Assembly (NCBI GenBank): GCA_003215555.1
Contig: QCKE01000012.1
Coordinates: forward strand, 16,633-40,632
Origin: Prochlorococcus sp. AG-409-K04
Lineage (GTDB): Bacteria; Cyanobacteriota; Cyanobacteriia; PCC-6307; Cyanobiaceae
DNA: 24,000 nt
Direction: 5' to 3'
How positions within the stretch are numbered: position 1 is the first letter of the stretch; each line of letters opens with the position of its first letter. The notes below the pieces were generated by a model, which worked only from the letters and a program-made list of their open reading frames with translations, was not told the origin of the DNA and did not search any database. A program made the position numbers and the translations under genes. Of this stretch, positions 16,265 to 24,000 are shown one piece after another.

Positions 16265-16342
16265 TTCAATGTCATTTAAGTAAGGAACCCTTGAGGTTCT
16301 TTCAGGGTTCGCTAATGTTTGCTTTCAAGATTCTTAGTCCTG

Positions 16343-19300
16343 TTGGTTTACATCAATCAGGTAGGTTTAACAAATTTCAAGTCTTTTGGGGGGTCAATGA
16401 CCATTCCCCTCGAAGAAGGTTTTACTGTCGTTACAGGACCTAATGGATCTGGAAAAAGTAATATTCTTGATGGCATTCTTTTTTGTCTTGGTTTGGCGAC
16501 TAGCAAAGGTATGCGCGCAGAGAGGTTACCAGATTTAGTTAATAGTTCTGTTTTGCGAGCTGGTAAATCAGCAGAAACAATTGTAAGCGTTCGCTTTGAT
16601 TTAAATGATTGGCAACCTGATCCTGCTGAAGAGGGTTTGGAAATTCCGGAAGAAGGACCTTGGATAAAAAAAGGACAAAAGGAATGGACAGTAACACGAC
16701 GCTTAAGAGTGATGCCTGGTGGTTCTTATAGTTCTACTTATACTGCTGATGGTGAAAATTGTAATTTGCAGCAGCTTCAGATTCAGTTGCGAAGATTGAG
16801 GATTGACCCCGAAGGCAGCAATGTGGTTATGCAAGGAGATGTGACTCGCGTTGTTTCTATGAGTAATAAGGATCGAAGAGGTTTAATTGATGAGCTTGCA
16901 GGAGTCGCTTTGTTTGATAATAGGATTGAGCAAGCGCGTCTTAAGTTGGATGATGTTTTTGCTCGCCAAGAACGTTGTCGTATTGTTGAACAGGAGTTAC
17001 TTTCTTCAAAGCAGCGTTTGGAGAAAGATTGTGAAAAGGCTCGCCTTTATAAGAAATTAAAGGAGGAAATGAATATTGGAAAACAACAAGAATCTGTTTT
17101 AATTTATGAAGCCTCTCAGAAAGATTTACAAGAATTAGTTCTACGTCAAAAAGATCTTTTAGAAAAAGAGATTGTGGATAAAAAGCGTTTAATTGATTCC
17201 AAGCTAGAAGTCAAACATGCTTCTGAGAAATTAAATGATTTGCAAAAAGAAGTTAAAGCATTAGGGGAGGATAAATTAATAGAAATACAAGGAAAAATTG
17301 CAGGATTAGAAAGTCAAGCAAGAGAATTGGATCGTCAAGCAAATCAACATAAACAAGAAGGAGAGAAACTAAAAGAAAAAAGACAAGAAATAAAGAATCA
17401 AAAAAATGAATTAAGTAAGGAAAATATAGAAAACCCTAAAGAGTCTATAAAGACTAAAATAGATTCCGCAGAAATTAATGTGCAAAATGCACAAGCAGCT
17501 GTTGATTCTGCTCGCAGAAGGTTGACAGATGTTGCGGGGCAATCAAGTGCTTGGGTTGAAGAATATAAAGAACGTGGTTTGAAACGAGATAAGGTAAATT
17601 CTATTTTGAAACCACTTTATGAGGAGAAACAAAAATTAGATGAAAGATTAATACAAATAAATGAAAGATTAGAAGAATTAAAATTAGATAAAGATAGAGA
17701 TTTATTAGAGAATGAAAGATTGAATGATCAATTAAAAATTTTAGATAATAAGTGGAATTCTATTTTAAAAATAATAAATACTCAGGAAACTCAAATAAAG
17801 AACTATTCTGATGAGTTAAATTTACATCAGAAAACTAGACAAAGATTAGAAAATGATCAAACAAAAATAGAAAAAGATATTGCTCGCTTGGAAAGTAGAA
17901 GAGAGACTTTATATGAAAGCCGAGGAACTGGTGCTTTGAAACTTTTACTTGAGTCGGGATTAGAAGGAATTCATGGACCAATTGCTCATTTAGGCGAAGT
18001 AGAGAATAAATTTCGTCTCGCTTTAGAAGTTGCAGCTGGTTCCAGAATTGGTCATATTGTTGTTGAAAATGATTTGATTGCTTCTAAAGCTATTGAGCTA
18101 TTAAAATTAAAGAAAGCTGGTCGTTTAACTTTTTTACCTTTAAATAAAATTAAAAATAATAGATCTAATATTAGTAATGTATTGCAACGATCAAGCTTTT
18201 TAGATAAAAGAGATGGTTTTATTTCTCAAGCGATTGATCTTATTAGATTTGATCATGTATATAAGGATGTTTTTAGATATGTATTCGGGGATACTCTTGT
18301 GTTTTCAGATTTGAACTCTGCACGTACTCAATTAGGAGTTTCTAGATCAGTAACACTTGCTGGAGAGTTATTGGAGAAAAGTGGAGCAATGACGGGAGGA
18401 AGTATTTTTGCAAAAAATAATTTTCTCAGTTTTGGAATTAGTAAGGAAAAAGATGATATAGAACCTTTAAGACAAAAATTATTATCAATTGGTGAGACTC
18501 TTGTTAAAGTTCATTCTGAAGAGAATCGTTTAATTTCTCTATTAACTGAATTACGTCAAAAGTTTAAAGTCATCGAAAATGAAAAAGCTACTTTAGCTGC
18601 TCAGAAATTGGCTTTTAAGCGATCTAATACTCCTTTTATAGATAGGCATAATGAGCATTTAGATCGTTTACAATCTTTAGAAAAAGCAAAATTTGAATAT
18701 CAAAAGCGATTAAATATACTTCAGGAAGAAATCAAGCCTCATTTGTCAGACTTGGAAATCTTGGATGTAAAAGAAAAACAATCTGCTTCTCAACAAACAA
18801 ATGAAAATATAAGGAAATTACAAACAGAACTTCAATCTTTAGAGAAAAATCTAGGAACTCTTAAAGAAGATAGAGATCTTTTAATTAGTCAAATGCAACA
18901 AGAAGAATTGGCTTTAGAAAGATTGAGTGTAAAGAAAAAATCCCTGGAAACTGAAGAAGATAGATTGCAGAATGCGATTTCTTTGCTTGCTGAACAACAT
19001 CAAAATTGGAAGGTGGAGAATCAAGACTTAAAAAATAAACATGAAAAACTTGAGATTTTGAAAAAAGAATTGGAACAATGTTTCGGAGAAAAACGTCAAG
19101 CTCGAGATGCAGCAGAATTAAATTTGGCAAATATCAGGCAAAAATCACAAGAAATTGAATGGAATTTGGAGCGGATGCGGTCTGATTTAGAAACGATCGA
19201 AGAAGCACTTAGAAGTGGACGAATACGTATGAAAGAATTAGAAAAGGTTCTTCCTGATCCATTACCATTCATCTCAGATGATCTTCGAGAAAAAGGATTA

Positions 19301-19942
19301 GAGTTTTTACAAAATCAATTGAGGAACTTGCAGCAACGTATTGAGTCTTTGGAACCAGTAAATATGTTGGCTTTGGAGGAACTCGAACAATTGGAAGTTC
19401 GTTTAAAAGATTTAGTTGAGCGACTTGAAGTATTGACGGAAGAACGTTCGGAATTGTTGTTGCGTGTTGAAACTGTTGCAACTCTTCGTCAAGAAGCTTT
19501 TATGGAAGCCTTTGAGGCAGTAGATGGACATTTTCGTCAAATTTTTGCAAGTCTTTCCGATGGAGATGGTCATCTTCAATTAGAAAATATAGAAAATCCT
19601 TTAGAGGGAGGGTTGACTTTGGTAGCGCATCCGAAGGGAAAATCTGTACGCAGATTAGCGGCTATGTCAGGAGGTGAAAAATCCTTAACAGCACTTAGTT
19701 TTCTTTTTGCATTGCAACGTTTTAGACCCTCTCCTTTTTATGCTTTAGATGAGGTAGACAGTTTTCTCGATGGAATTAATGTAGAAAGATTGTCTTCTTT
19801 GATAGCTAGACAATCTGAAAATGCTCAGTTTTTGGTAGTGAGTCATCGTCGTCCTATGATTGGAGCTGCAATGCGAACTATTGGAGTCACTCAGGCGAGA
19901 GGTGCAAATACTCAGGTAATTGGTTTGCCTTTGGCAGCTTGA
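16343..19942 (+). CDS. smc: Chromosome partition protein SMC
   Basis: About 1200-aa ORF. It has Walker A GPNGSGKSN, long heptad-rich coiled coils, a hinge (GIHGPIAHLGEV..GRLTFLPLNKI), the signature LSGGEKSL and Walker B FYALDEVD. I prefer the TTG at 16343, which gives the canonical N-terminus (M)VYINQVGLTNFKSFGG. The track start at 16319 (TTG) would add 8 residues. Confidence 0.93.
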   Translation: MVYINQVGLTNFKSFGGSMTIPLEEGFTVVTGPNGSGKSNILDGILFCLGLATSKGMRAERLPDLVNSSVLRAGKSAETIVSVRFDLNDWQPDPAEEGLEIPEEGPWIKKGQKEWTVTRRLRVMPGGSYSSTYTADGENCNLQQLQIQLRRLRIDPEGSNVVMQGDVTRVVSMSNKDRRGLIDELAGVALFDNRIEQARLKLDDVFARQERCRIVEQELLSSKQRLEKDCEKARLYKKLKEEMNIGKQQESVLIYEASQKDLQELVLRQKDLLEKEIVDKKRLIDSKLEVKHASEKLNDLQKEVKALGEDKLIEIQGKIAGLESQARELDRQANQHKQEGEKLKEKRQEIKNQKNELSKENIENPKESIKTKIDSAEINVQNAQAAVDSARRRLTDVAGQSSAWVEEYKERGLKRDKVNSILKPLYEEKQKLDERLIQINERLEELKLDKDRDLLENERLNDQLKILDNKWNSILKIINTQETQIKNYSDELNLHQKTRQRLENDQTKIEKDIARLESRRETLYESRGTGALKLLLESGLEGIHGPIAHLGEVENKFRLALEVAAGSRIGHIVVENDLIASKAIELLKLKKAGRLTFLPLNKIKNNRSNISNVLQRSSFLDKRDGFISQAIDLIRFDHVYKDVFRYVFGDTLVFSDLNSARTQLGVSRSVTLAGELLEKSGAMTGGSIFAKNNFLSFGISKEKDDIEPLRQKLLSIGETLVKVHSEENRLISLLTELRQKFKVIENEKATLAAQKLAFKRSNTPFIDRHNEHLDRLQSLEKAKFEYQKRLNILQEEIKPHLSDLEILDVKEKQSASQQTNENIRKLQTELQSLEKNLGTLKEDRDLLISQMQQEELALERLSVKKKSLETEEDRLQNAISLLAEQHQNWKVENQDLKNKHEKLEILKKELEQCFGEKRQARDAAELNLANIRQKSQEIEWNLERMRSDLETIEEALRSGRIRMKELEKVLPDPLPFISDDLREKGLEFLQNQLRNLQQRIESLEPVNMLALEELEQLEVRLKDLVERLEVLTEERSELLLRVETVATLRQEAFMEAFEAVDGHFRQIFASLSDGDGHLQLENIENPLEGGLTLVAHPKGKSVRRLAAMSGGEKSLTALSFLFALQRFRPSPFYALDEVDSFLDGINVERLSSLIARQSENAQFLVVSHRRPMIGAAMRTIGVTQARGANTQVIGLPLAA

Positions 19943-20003
19943 GATGTATCTATGCAGGTTATGCGGCAAAATGATGAGAATACTTTTTATCTAAATCTTT
20001 AGC

Positions 20004-21086
20004 TTGACCAATTCGCAATTTCCCAACGATTTAGGTGAAACAGTTCCCAGTGAGAGACTGTGGCTTCGTTCTGAACTCATGGGCACTCAAGTTATTACGC
20101 GTGATAGCGGAAGACGCTTAGGTGTAGTTGGGGAAGTAGTTGTAGACATAGATAGACGTGAAATTGTTGCACTTGGGCTTAGAGATAATCCATTAACTAG
20201 ATTCTTACCAGGACTTCCAAAATGGATGCTTCTGGATCGTATTCGGCAAGTAGGAGATGTCATTCTTGTTGATTCTATAGATTCATTAAGTGAAGAATTT
20301 CAGCCTGATAGATATAGCAAAGTAATTAATTGCCAGGTGATTACAGAATCAGGTGAACAATTGGGCAGAGTATTAGGTTTTTCTTTTGATATTGAAACAG
20401 GAGAATTAATTAGTTTGGTCATGGGAGCAATGGGCGTCCCCCTTTTAGGAGAAGGAGTTCTTAGTACTTGGGAAATCCCAGTCAATGAAATAGTTAGTAG
20501 TGGGGCCGATCGAATTATTGTTTATGAGGGTGCAGAAGAGAAGTTGAAGCAGCTTAGTAGTGGATTGCTTGAAAAAATCGGTGTCGGAGGAGGAACTTGG
20601 GATGAGCAAGAAAGAGAACGATATAGAGTCAATCTTGTCCCGGTTGAGAATCAGTTGACATCTGGAGAAGAGATTGAAGAAGCTCCAAAAGCTCTTACTT
20701 CGTCTTCAGATATATCTTTTAATGATCTTGATGAAGATGAAACTATGGAATATGTAGAGGTAGACGAAGATAATCAATATTATCAAACTCAAGTGAGATA
20801 TTTAGAAGAACCAAATATATCAAATAGTTCTAGTGATGAGTTTTCATATAATGAAAAAAAATCCGATTTTAATTATCAAGATAAGGACTATTATGAAGCC
20901 CAAAAGTCTGATTTGAAATCAGATTCTAATCTCATTAAACGAGCATCAAATAGGAAATCACAAAGTAATTTAGAGGATCCTTTAGATGTAGAATCATTTC
21001 TGATTGATAAACCAAAAGATGATAAGTTAAATCGTCAAAATATTGATATCTCTAAAGAGAAAGAAGAAATTGATGATCCTTGGTAA
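20004..21086 (+). CDS. PRC-barrel domain protein with a long acidic low-complexity C-terminal tail
   Basis: 360-aa ORF with two PRC-barrel-like repeats (LMGTQVITRDSGRRLGVVGEVVVD... and VINCQVITESGEQLGRVLGFSFD...). The Asp/Glu/Ser/Asn-rich tail starts at about residue 215. The start is TTG at 20004. The N-terminal ERLWLRSEL segment resembles what I recall from picocyanobacterial homologs. Confidence 0.8.
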   Translation: MTNSQFPNDLGETVPSERLWLRSELMGTQVITRDSGRRLGVVGEVVVDIDRREIVALGLRDNPLTRFLPGLPKWMLLDRIRQVGDVILVDSIDSLSEEFQPDRYSKVINCQVITESGEQLGRVLGFSFDIETGELISLVMGAMGVPLLGEGVLSTWEIPVNEIVSSGADRIIVYEGAEEKLKQLSSGLLEKIGVGGGTWDEQERERYRVNLVPVENQLTSGEEIEEAPKALTSSSDISFNDLDEDETMEYVEVDEDNQYYQTQVRYLEEPNISNSSSDEFSYNEKKSDFNYQDKDYYEAQKSDLKSDSNLIKRASNRKSQSNLEDPLDVESFLIDKPKDDKLNRQNIDISKEKEEIDDPW

Positions 21087-21102
21087 AAAGTTAATATCTT
21101 TT

Positions 21103-22404
21103 TCATTTGTTAATTTGTATCTCTGATATTAAATTAATAATTTCTCTGCTCAGTGATAATACAGCCCCTTGTTTTCCTCTTAAAGATCTTAGATCTTCTT
21201 TTTGTCTTTTTAGTTTTTCAGGTGAATTTATCCAGTAACAAGCTTCTTCTGCAATCTTTTTAGGGCTAATGTTCCCAACTCTCTCTGGAATAATCATTTT
21301 ATTTGCAGTTATATTTGGCCATGCCATAAATTTTTTATTACGTAATTTCCAGTAACTAATTAGCCATCCAATACAATTTTTTAAGATTGGTATTCTTCCA
21401 ATAATGCCCAAAAATCCATCCCATGCTTCCATAACATTTAAATGTTGGGTAGGTAAAACTACTATCATTGGCAAGCATAATGCTCCCAATTCCGATGTAT
21501 TTGCTCCAACAGTTGTTATAGCTAAATCGCATTGACATAAAAAATTATGTGCTGGATGTTTTTCAATTAAATATATTTTAGAACCCATATTAGTATATAG
21601 TATTTTCAAAGGTAATTCTTTGGTTTCTGTTTCAATTTTCACGATTGTAGAAGAATATAGCTTGGTGAATTTATTTTTTGAACTGCTAAAATGGTAAATT
21701 TCTTCAATACTTGTTGTGGGTGCAATAGGTATTAGAAAATTAACATCTTTTATGAGTTTTGATAAGTGATCTACTACTTCTAGAAAGAAGGGAACTCCTA
21801 TTGAAAGCTTTGCTTTTTTAGATCCAGGTAATAGAGCAATCCATTTCGCATTAGGAAGAAAATTGGTTTTTTCATTATTTTTTTCTATGTCGGCCATTAA
21901 ATCACCTACGACTACACATCGCTTTTTTAAATGTTTTGGTATCAGTCTTTTAACGTCTTTAGACATAGCTGCAATTCGGTCATTCCAAAAAGGCCATCGA
22001 GCAATCCATTCAATATATGCAATATTTTTGTATCTTAATCTTGCCGAAAGAAGAATGCTCCAGAATTGATCTCCTCCTAAAAATATAACTATTCCTTTTT
22101 TTGGCCAGAATCCATATTTTTTGGGGTTCAATAAAAGTTGCCAGAAATATTTAGCTAAGTAAATTTTTTCGAAAATGTTCCATTTTTCAGCAACTGCCTT
22201 TTCGTTGCCAGTTGCATTTGGACATGGGACTAAAACTAGCCTTAGACAAATAGTTGAACTATTTGAATATTGTTTGCATTTGAATGCAGCTTGTAATTTT
22301 TCAGCTACAGGCTGTACCCAAGTATTTAATTCACCTGGACCGTTGGAAACTATAACTATTGCAAGCTCAGTTTCGTTTTTTTTAATCGTTTTTCTTAGGC
22401 TCAA
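21103..22404 (-). CDS. Lipid-A-disaccharide synthase-related glycosyltransferase (cyanobacterial LpxB-like family)
   Basis: Long ORF with the N-terminal IVSNGPGE motif and a C-terminal nucleotide-sugar-binding-like TTVGANTSELGALCLPMIVVLP, which resembles the GT19/LpxB-related family. The track start (22455) lies inside the tRNA-Leu gene, so I place the start at the in-frame TTG at 22404, which gives (M)SLRKTIKKNETELAIVIV. The start is uncertain. Confidence 0.7.
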   Translation of the reverse strand: MSLRKTIKKNETELAIVIVSNGPGELNTWVQPVAEKLQAAFKCKQYSNSSTICLRLVLVPCPNATGNEKAVAEKWNIFEKIYLAKYFWQLLLNPKKYGFWPKKGIVIFLGGDQFWSILLSARLRYKNIAYIEWIARWPFWNDRIAAMSKDVKRLIPKHLKKRCVVVGDLMADIEKNNEKTNFLPNAKWIALLPGSKKAKLSIGVPFFLEVVDHLSKLIKDVNFLIPIAPTTSIEEIYHFSSSKNKFTKLYSSTIVKIETETKELPLKILYTNMGSKIYLIEKHPAHNFLCQCDLAITTVGANTSELGALCLPMIVVLPTQHLNVMEAWDGFLGIIGRIPILKNCIGWLISYWKLRNKKFMAWPNITANKMIIPERVGNISPKKIAEEACYWINSPEKLKRQKEDLRSLRGKQGAVLSLSREIINLISEIQINK

Positions 22405-22416
22405 GGTTTTAAATAA

Positions 22417-22498
22417 TGCGGATGGCGAGACTTGAACTCGCAAGGCCGAAGCCACACGCTCCTTAGACGTGCGTGTCTACCAATTCCACCACATCCGC
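22417..22498 (-). tRNA. tRNA-Leu (type II, long variable arm). The anticodon reads AAG by manual folding.
   Basis: The - strand reads GCGGATG TG GTGG AATTGGTAGA CAC G CACGT CTAAGGA GCGTG TGGCTTCGGCCTTG CGAGTTCAAGTCTCG CCATCCGC A. It has a 7-bp acceptor stem, a Leu-type D-loop, a long variable arm and a GTTCAAG T-loop. CCA is not encoded. The anticodon loop is at 22466-22460. Confidence 0.9.
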
Positions 22499-22606
22499 AA
22501 TTGAAACAAAGTTTTGAACTTAGTCAAAGTTGATCATATACGCTACACCTTTATAAACGATGGGTCGAGGCACTGATACGATCTTTTTACTGAGTAACTA
22601 TCTTGA

Positions 22607-23953
22607 GTGTCTCTCGGCAAAGTCCTAATAGCTAATCGCGGCGAGATTGCCTTAAGGATTCTACGTAGTTGTAGGGAGTTAGGTATTGCAACAGTCGCGG
22701 TATATAGCACCACTGACCGCAATGCTTTACATGTACAACTTGCTGATGAAGCAGTATGTGTAGGAGATTCTCCTAGCAACAAAAGCTATTTAAATATTCC
22801 CAATATTCTTGCAGCAGCTACTTCGAGGGGAGTAGATGCAATTCATCCTGGATATGGTTTTTTAGCTGAAAATGATCGTTTTGCTGAAATATGCAACGAT
22901 CACGGAATTGTTTTTGTTGGTCCTTCCCCTGAAGCAATTAGGTCTATGGGAGATAAAGCAACGGCAAAATCAACAATGCTGGAGGTTGGAGTGCCAACTG
23001 TTCCTGGCAGTAAAGGGTTGTTATCTTCTTGGGAGGATGCTGCTTCATTGGCCAATGAAATGGGATACCCAGTCATGATTAAAGCGACTGCAGGAGGAGG
23101 AGGAAGGGGCATGAGACTTGTTAACAGCCCAAGTGTTATAGAAGAGCTTTTTAAGGCCGCTCAGGGGGAATCAGAGGCTGCCTTTGGCAATGCAGGTTTG
23201 TATATGGAGAAATTCATTGAGAAACCACGACATGTTGAGGTTCAAATTCTTGCCGATAGTTTTGGAAATGTTGTGCATTTGGGTGAAAGAGATTGTTCAA
23301 TTCAGCGTAGACATCAAAAACTTTTAGAAGAATCGCCTAGTCCTGCTTTAGATGATCAGTTGAGAGTTCGTATGGGAGATGCAGCTGTATCAGCTGCAAA
23401 AAGCATTAAATATGAGGGTGCTGGAACTGTCGAATTTTTGCTTGATAGAACAGGAAATTTTTATTTTATGGAAATGAATACTCGTATTCAAGTTGAGCAT
23501 CCTGTGACAGAAATGGTTACAGGTGTTGATTTAGTGGCAGAACAACTGCGGATTGCCGGAGGCGAACCAATTTCTTTTTCTCAAAAAGATATTCAATTGC
23601 GTGGTCATTCAATTGAATGCAGAATTAATGCGGAAGATTCTCTACATAATTTCAGACCTTCTCCGGGGAGAATTACAGGATGGTTGCCGCCAGGTGGCCC
23701 TGGTGTAAGGGTTGATAGTCATGTTTATACCGGTTATGACATACCTCCTTTTTATGATTCTTTAATTGGAAAGCTTATTGTTTGGGGACATGATCGTAAA
23801 TCAGCTTTAAAAAGAATGAAAAGGGCTCTTAATGAATGTGCAGTTACTGGTATACCAACAACAATCGATTTCCATTTGAAATTACTTGATCGTGACGAAT
23901 TTCTTCAAGGTGATGTTCACACAAAATTTGTAGAGCAAGAAATGTTGAATTGA
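22607..23953 (+). CDS. accC: Acetyl-CoA carboxylase, biotin carboxylase subunit
   Basis: 448-aa ORF: [30 protein letters not shown]-grasp [28 protein letters not shown], and ECRINAED. The start is GTG at 22607. Confidence 0.95.
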   Translation: MSLGKVLIANRGEIALRILRSCRELGIATVAVYSTTDRNALHVQLADEAVCVGDSPSNKSYLNIPNILAAATSRGVDAIHPGYGFLAENDRFAEICNDHGIVFVGPSPEAIRSMGDKATAKSTMLEVGVPTVPGSKGLLSSWEDAASLANEMGYPVMIKATAGGGGRGMRLVNSPSVIEELFKAAQGESEAAFGNAGLYMEKFIEKPRHVEVQILADSFGNVVHLGERDCSIQRRHQKLLEESPSPALDDQLRVRMGDAAVSAAKSIKYEGAGTVEFLLDRTGNFYFMEMNTRIQVEHPVTEMVTGVDLVAEQLRIAGGEPISFSQKDIQLRGHSIECRINAEDSLHNFRPSPGRITGWLPPGGPGVRVDSHVYTGYDIPPFYDSLIGKLIVWGHDRKSALKRMKRALNECAVTGIPTTIDFHLKLLDRDEFLQGDVHTKFVEQEMLN

Positions 23954-24000
23954 TAAAAAAGTTACTGAATTGGGTAATTGTTTAAAATTTGCGAAAGTAT

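Noticed and set aside
16319-16342. TTG 16319 as the smc start (extra MLSRFLVL)
   Set aside because: SMC proteins begin M-(V/I)-Y-I-K/N-x-(V/I)-x-L-x-N-F-K-S. The TTG at 16343 reproduces that exactly, and the extension has no homolog-like features. This is not fully excluded.
22405-22455. ATG 22455 as the start of the lpxB-like gene
   Set aside because: The codons from 22455 to 22417 are inside the tRNA-Leu gene on the same strand. The extension (MASALRVQVSPSALF) is a read-through artefact.
1917-23112. Antisense or embedded track ORFs inside well-supported genes. They are 1917..2171, 3430..3720, 5033..5221, 5879..6079, 6152..6406, 7045..7248, 7992..8180, 8358..8585, 13889..14104, 14534..14734, 18885..19130, 19269..19481, 19745..19969, 20300..20485, 21356..21538, 21863..22069, 22175..22435, 22543..22782, 22872..23078 and 22900..23112.
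   Set aside because: Each is 60-96 aa and fully overlapped by a long ORF with clear family motifs on the other strand or frame. Their composition is odd (Ser/Ile/Leu/Pro-rich, as expected from reading AT-rich genes antisense) and none has a recognisable domain.
1-24000. CRISPR arrays, long tandem or inverted repeats, IS elements and rRNA genes
   Set aside because: Scanning both strands by eye showed no spaced direct repeats, no terminal inverted repeats bracketing an ORF and no rRNA-like conserved blocks. The only repeats seen are short ones (the CCCCTCT pair, and TTTTTGAGAT at about 12841 and 12912).

Overview
This window reads as a core-genome segment of a low-GC marine picocyanobacterium. 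It looks Prochlorococcus-like, an inference from gene content and order, AT-rich codon usage, and a tmRNA tag reading ANKIVSFSRQTAPVAA. Most of it is densely packed housekeeping genes: alaS, speA, ndk, thiO-like, gatB, coaE, argJ, a THUMP RNA methyltransferase, smc, a PRC-barrel protein, an LpxB-related glycosyltransferase, tRNA-Leu and accC. I found no CRISPR array, transposase, integrase or prophage genes. The less ordinary part is about 10.0-16.3 kb. It holds a short cobalamin riboswitch in front of a HupE/UreJ-type metal permease. It also holds an AT-rich stretch with an uncharacterised multi-pass membrane protein, and a circularly permuted (two-piece) tmRNA gene. A YqjD/YqjE-like membrane stress pair, an unlisted 43-codon membrane ORF and a standalone LigD-phosphoesterase-like protein lie there too. 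The most unusual item is a 108-aa two-helix protein whose C-terminal helix is clearly PsbF-like (cytochrome b559 beta) but lacks the heme-ligating His. An overlapping PsbL-like mini-ORF follows it. Several ORF-track starts are wrong because they run into RNA elements (hupE into the riboswitch, the lpxB-like gene into the tRNA, two ORFs inside ssrA). Many genes here appear to use non-ATG starts, and coaE has no ATG, GTG or TTG upstream of its own P-loop. All homology statements come from reading the translations and from memory of family motifs. No database search was run.
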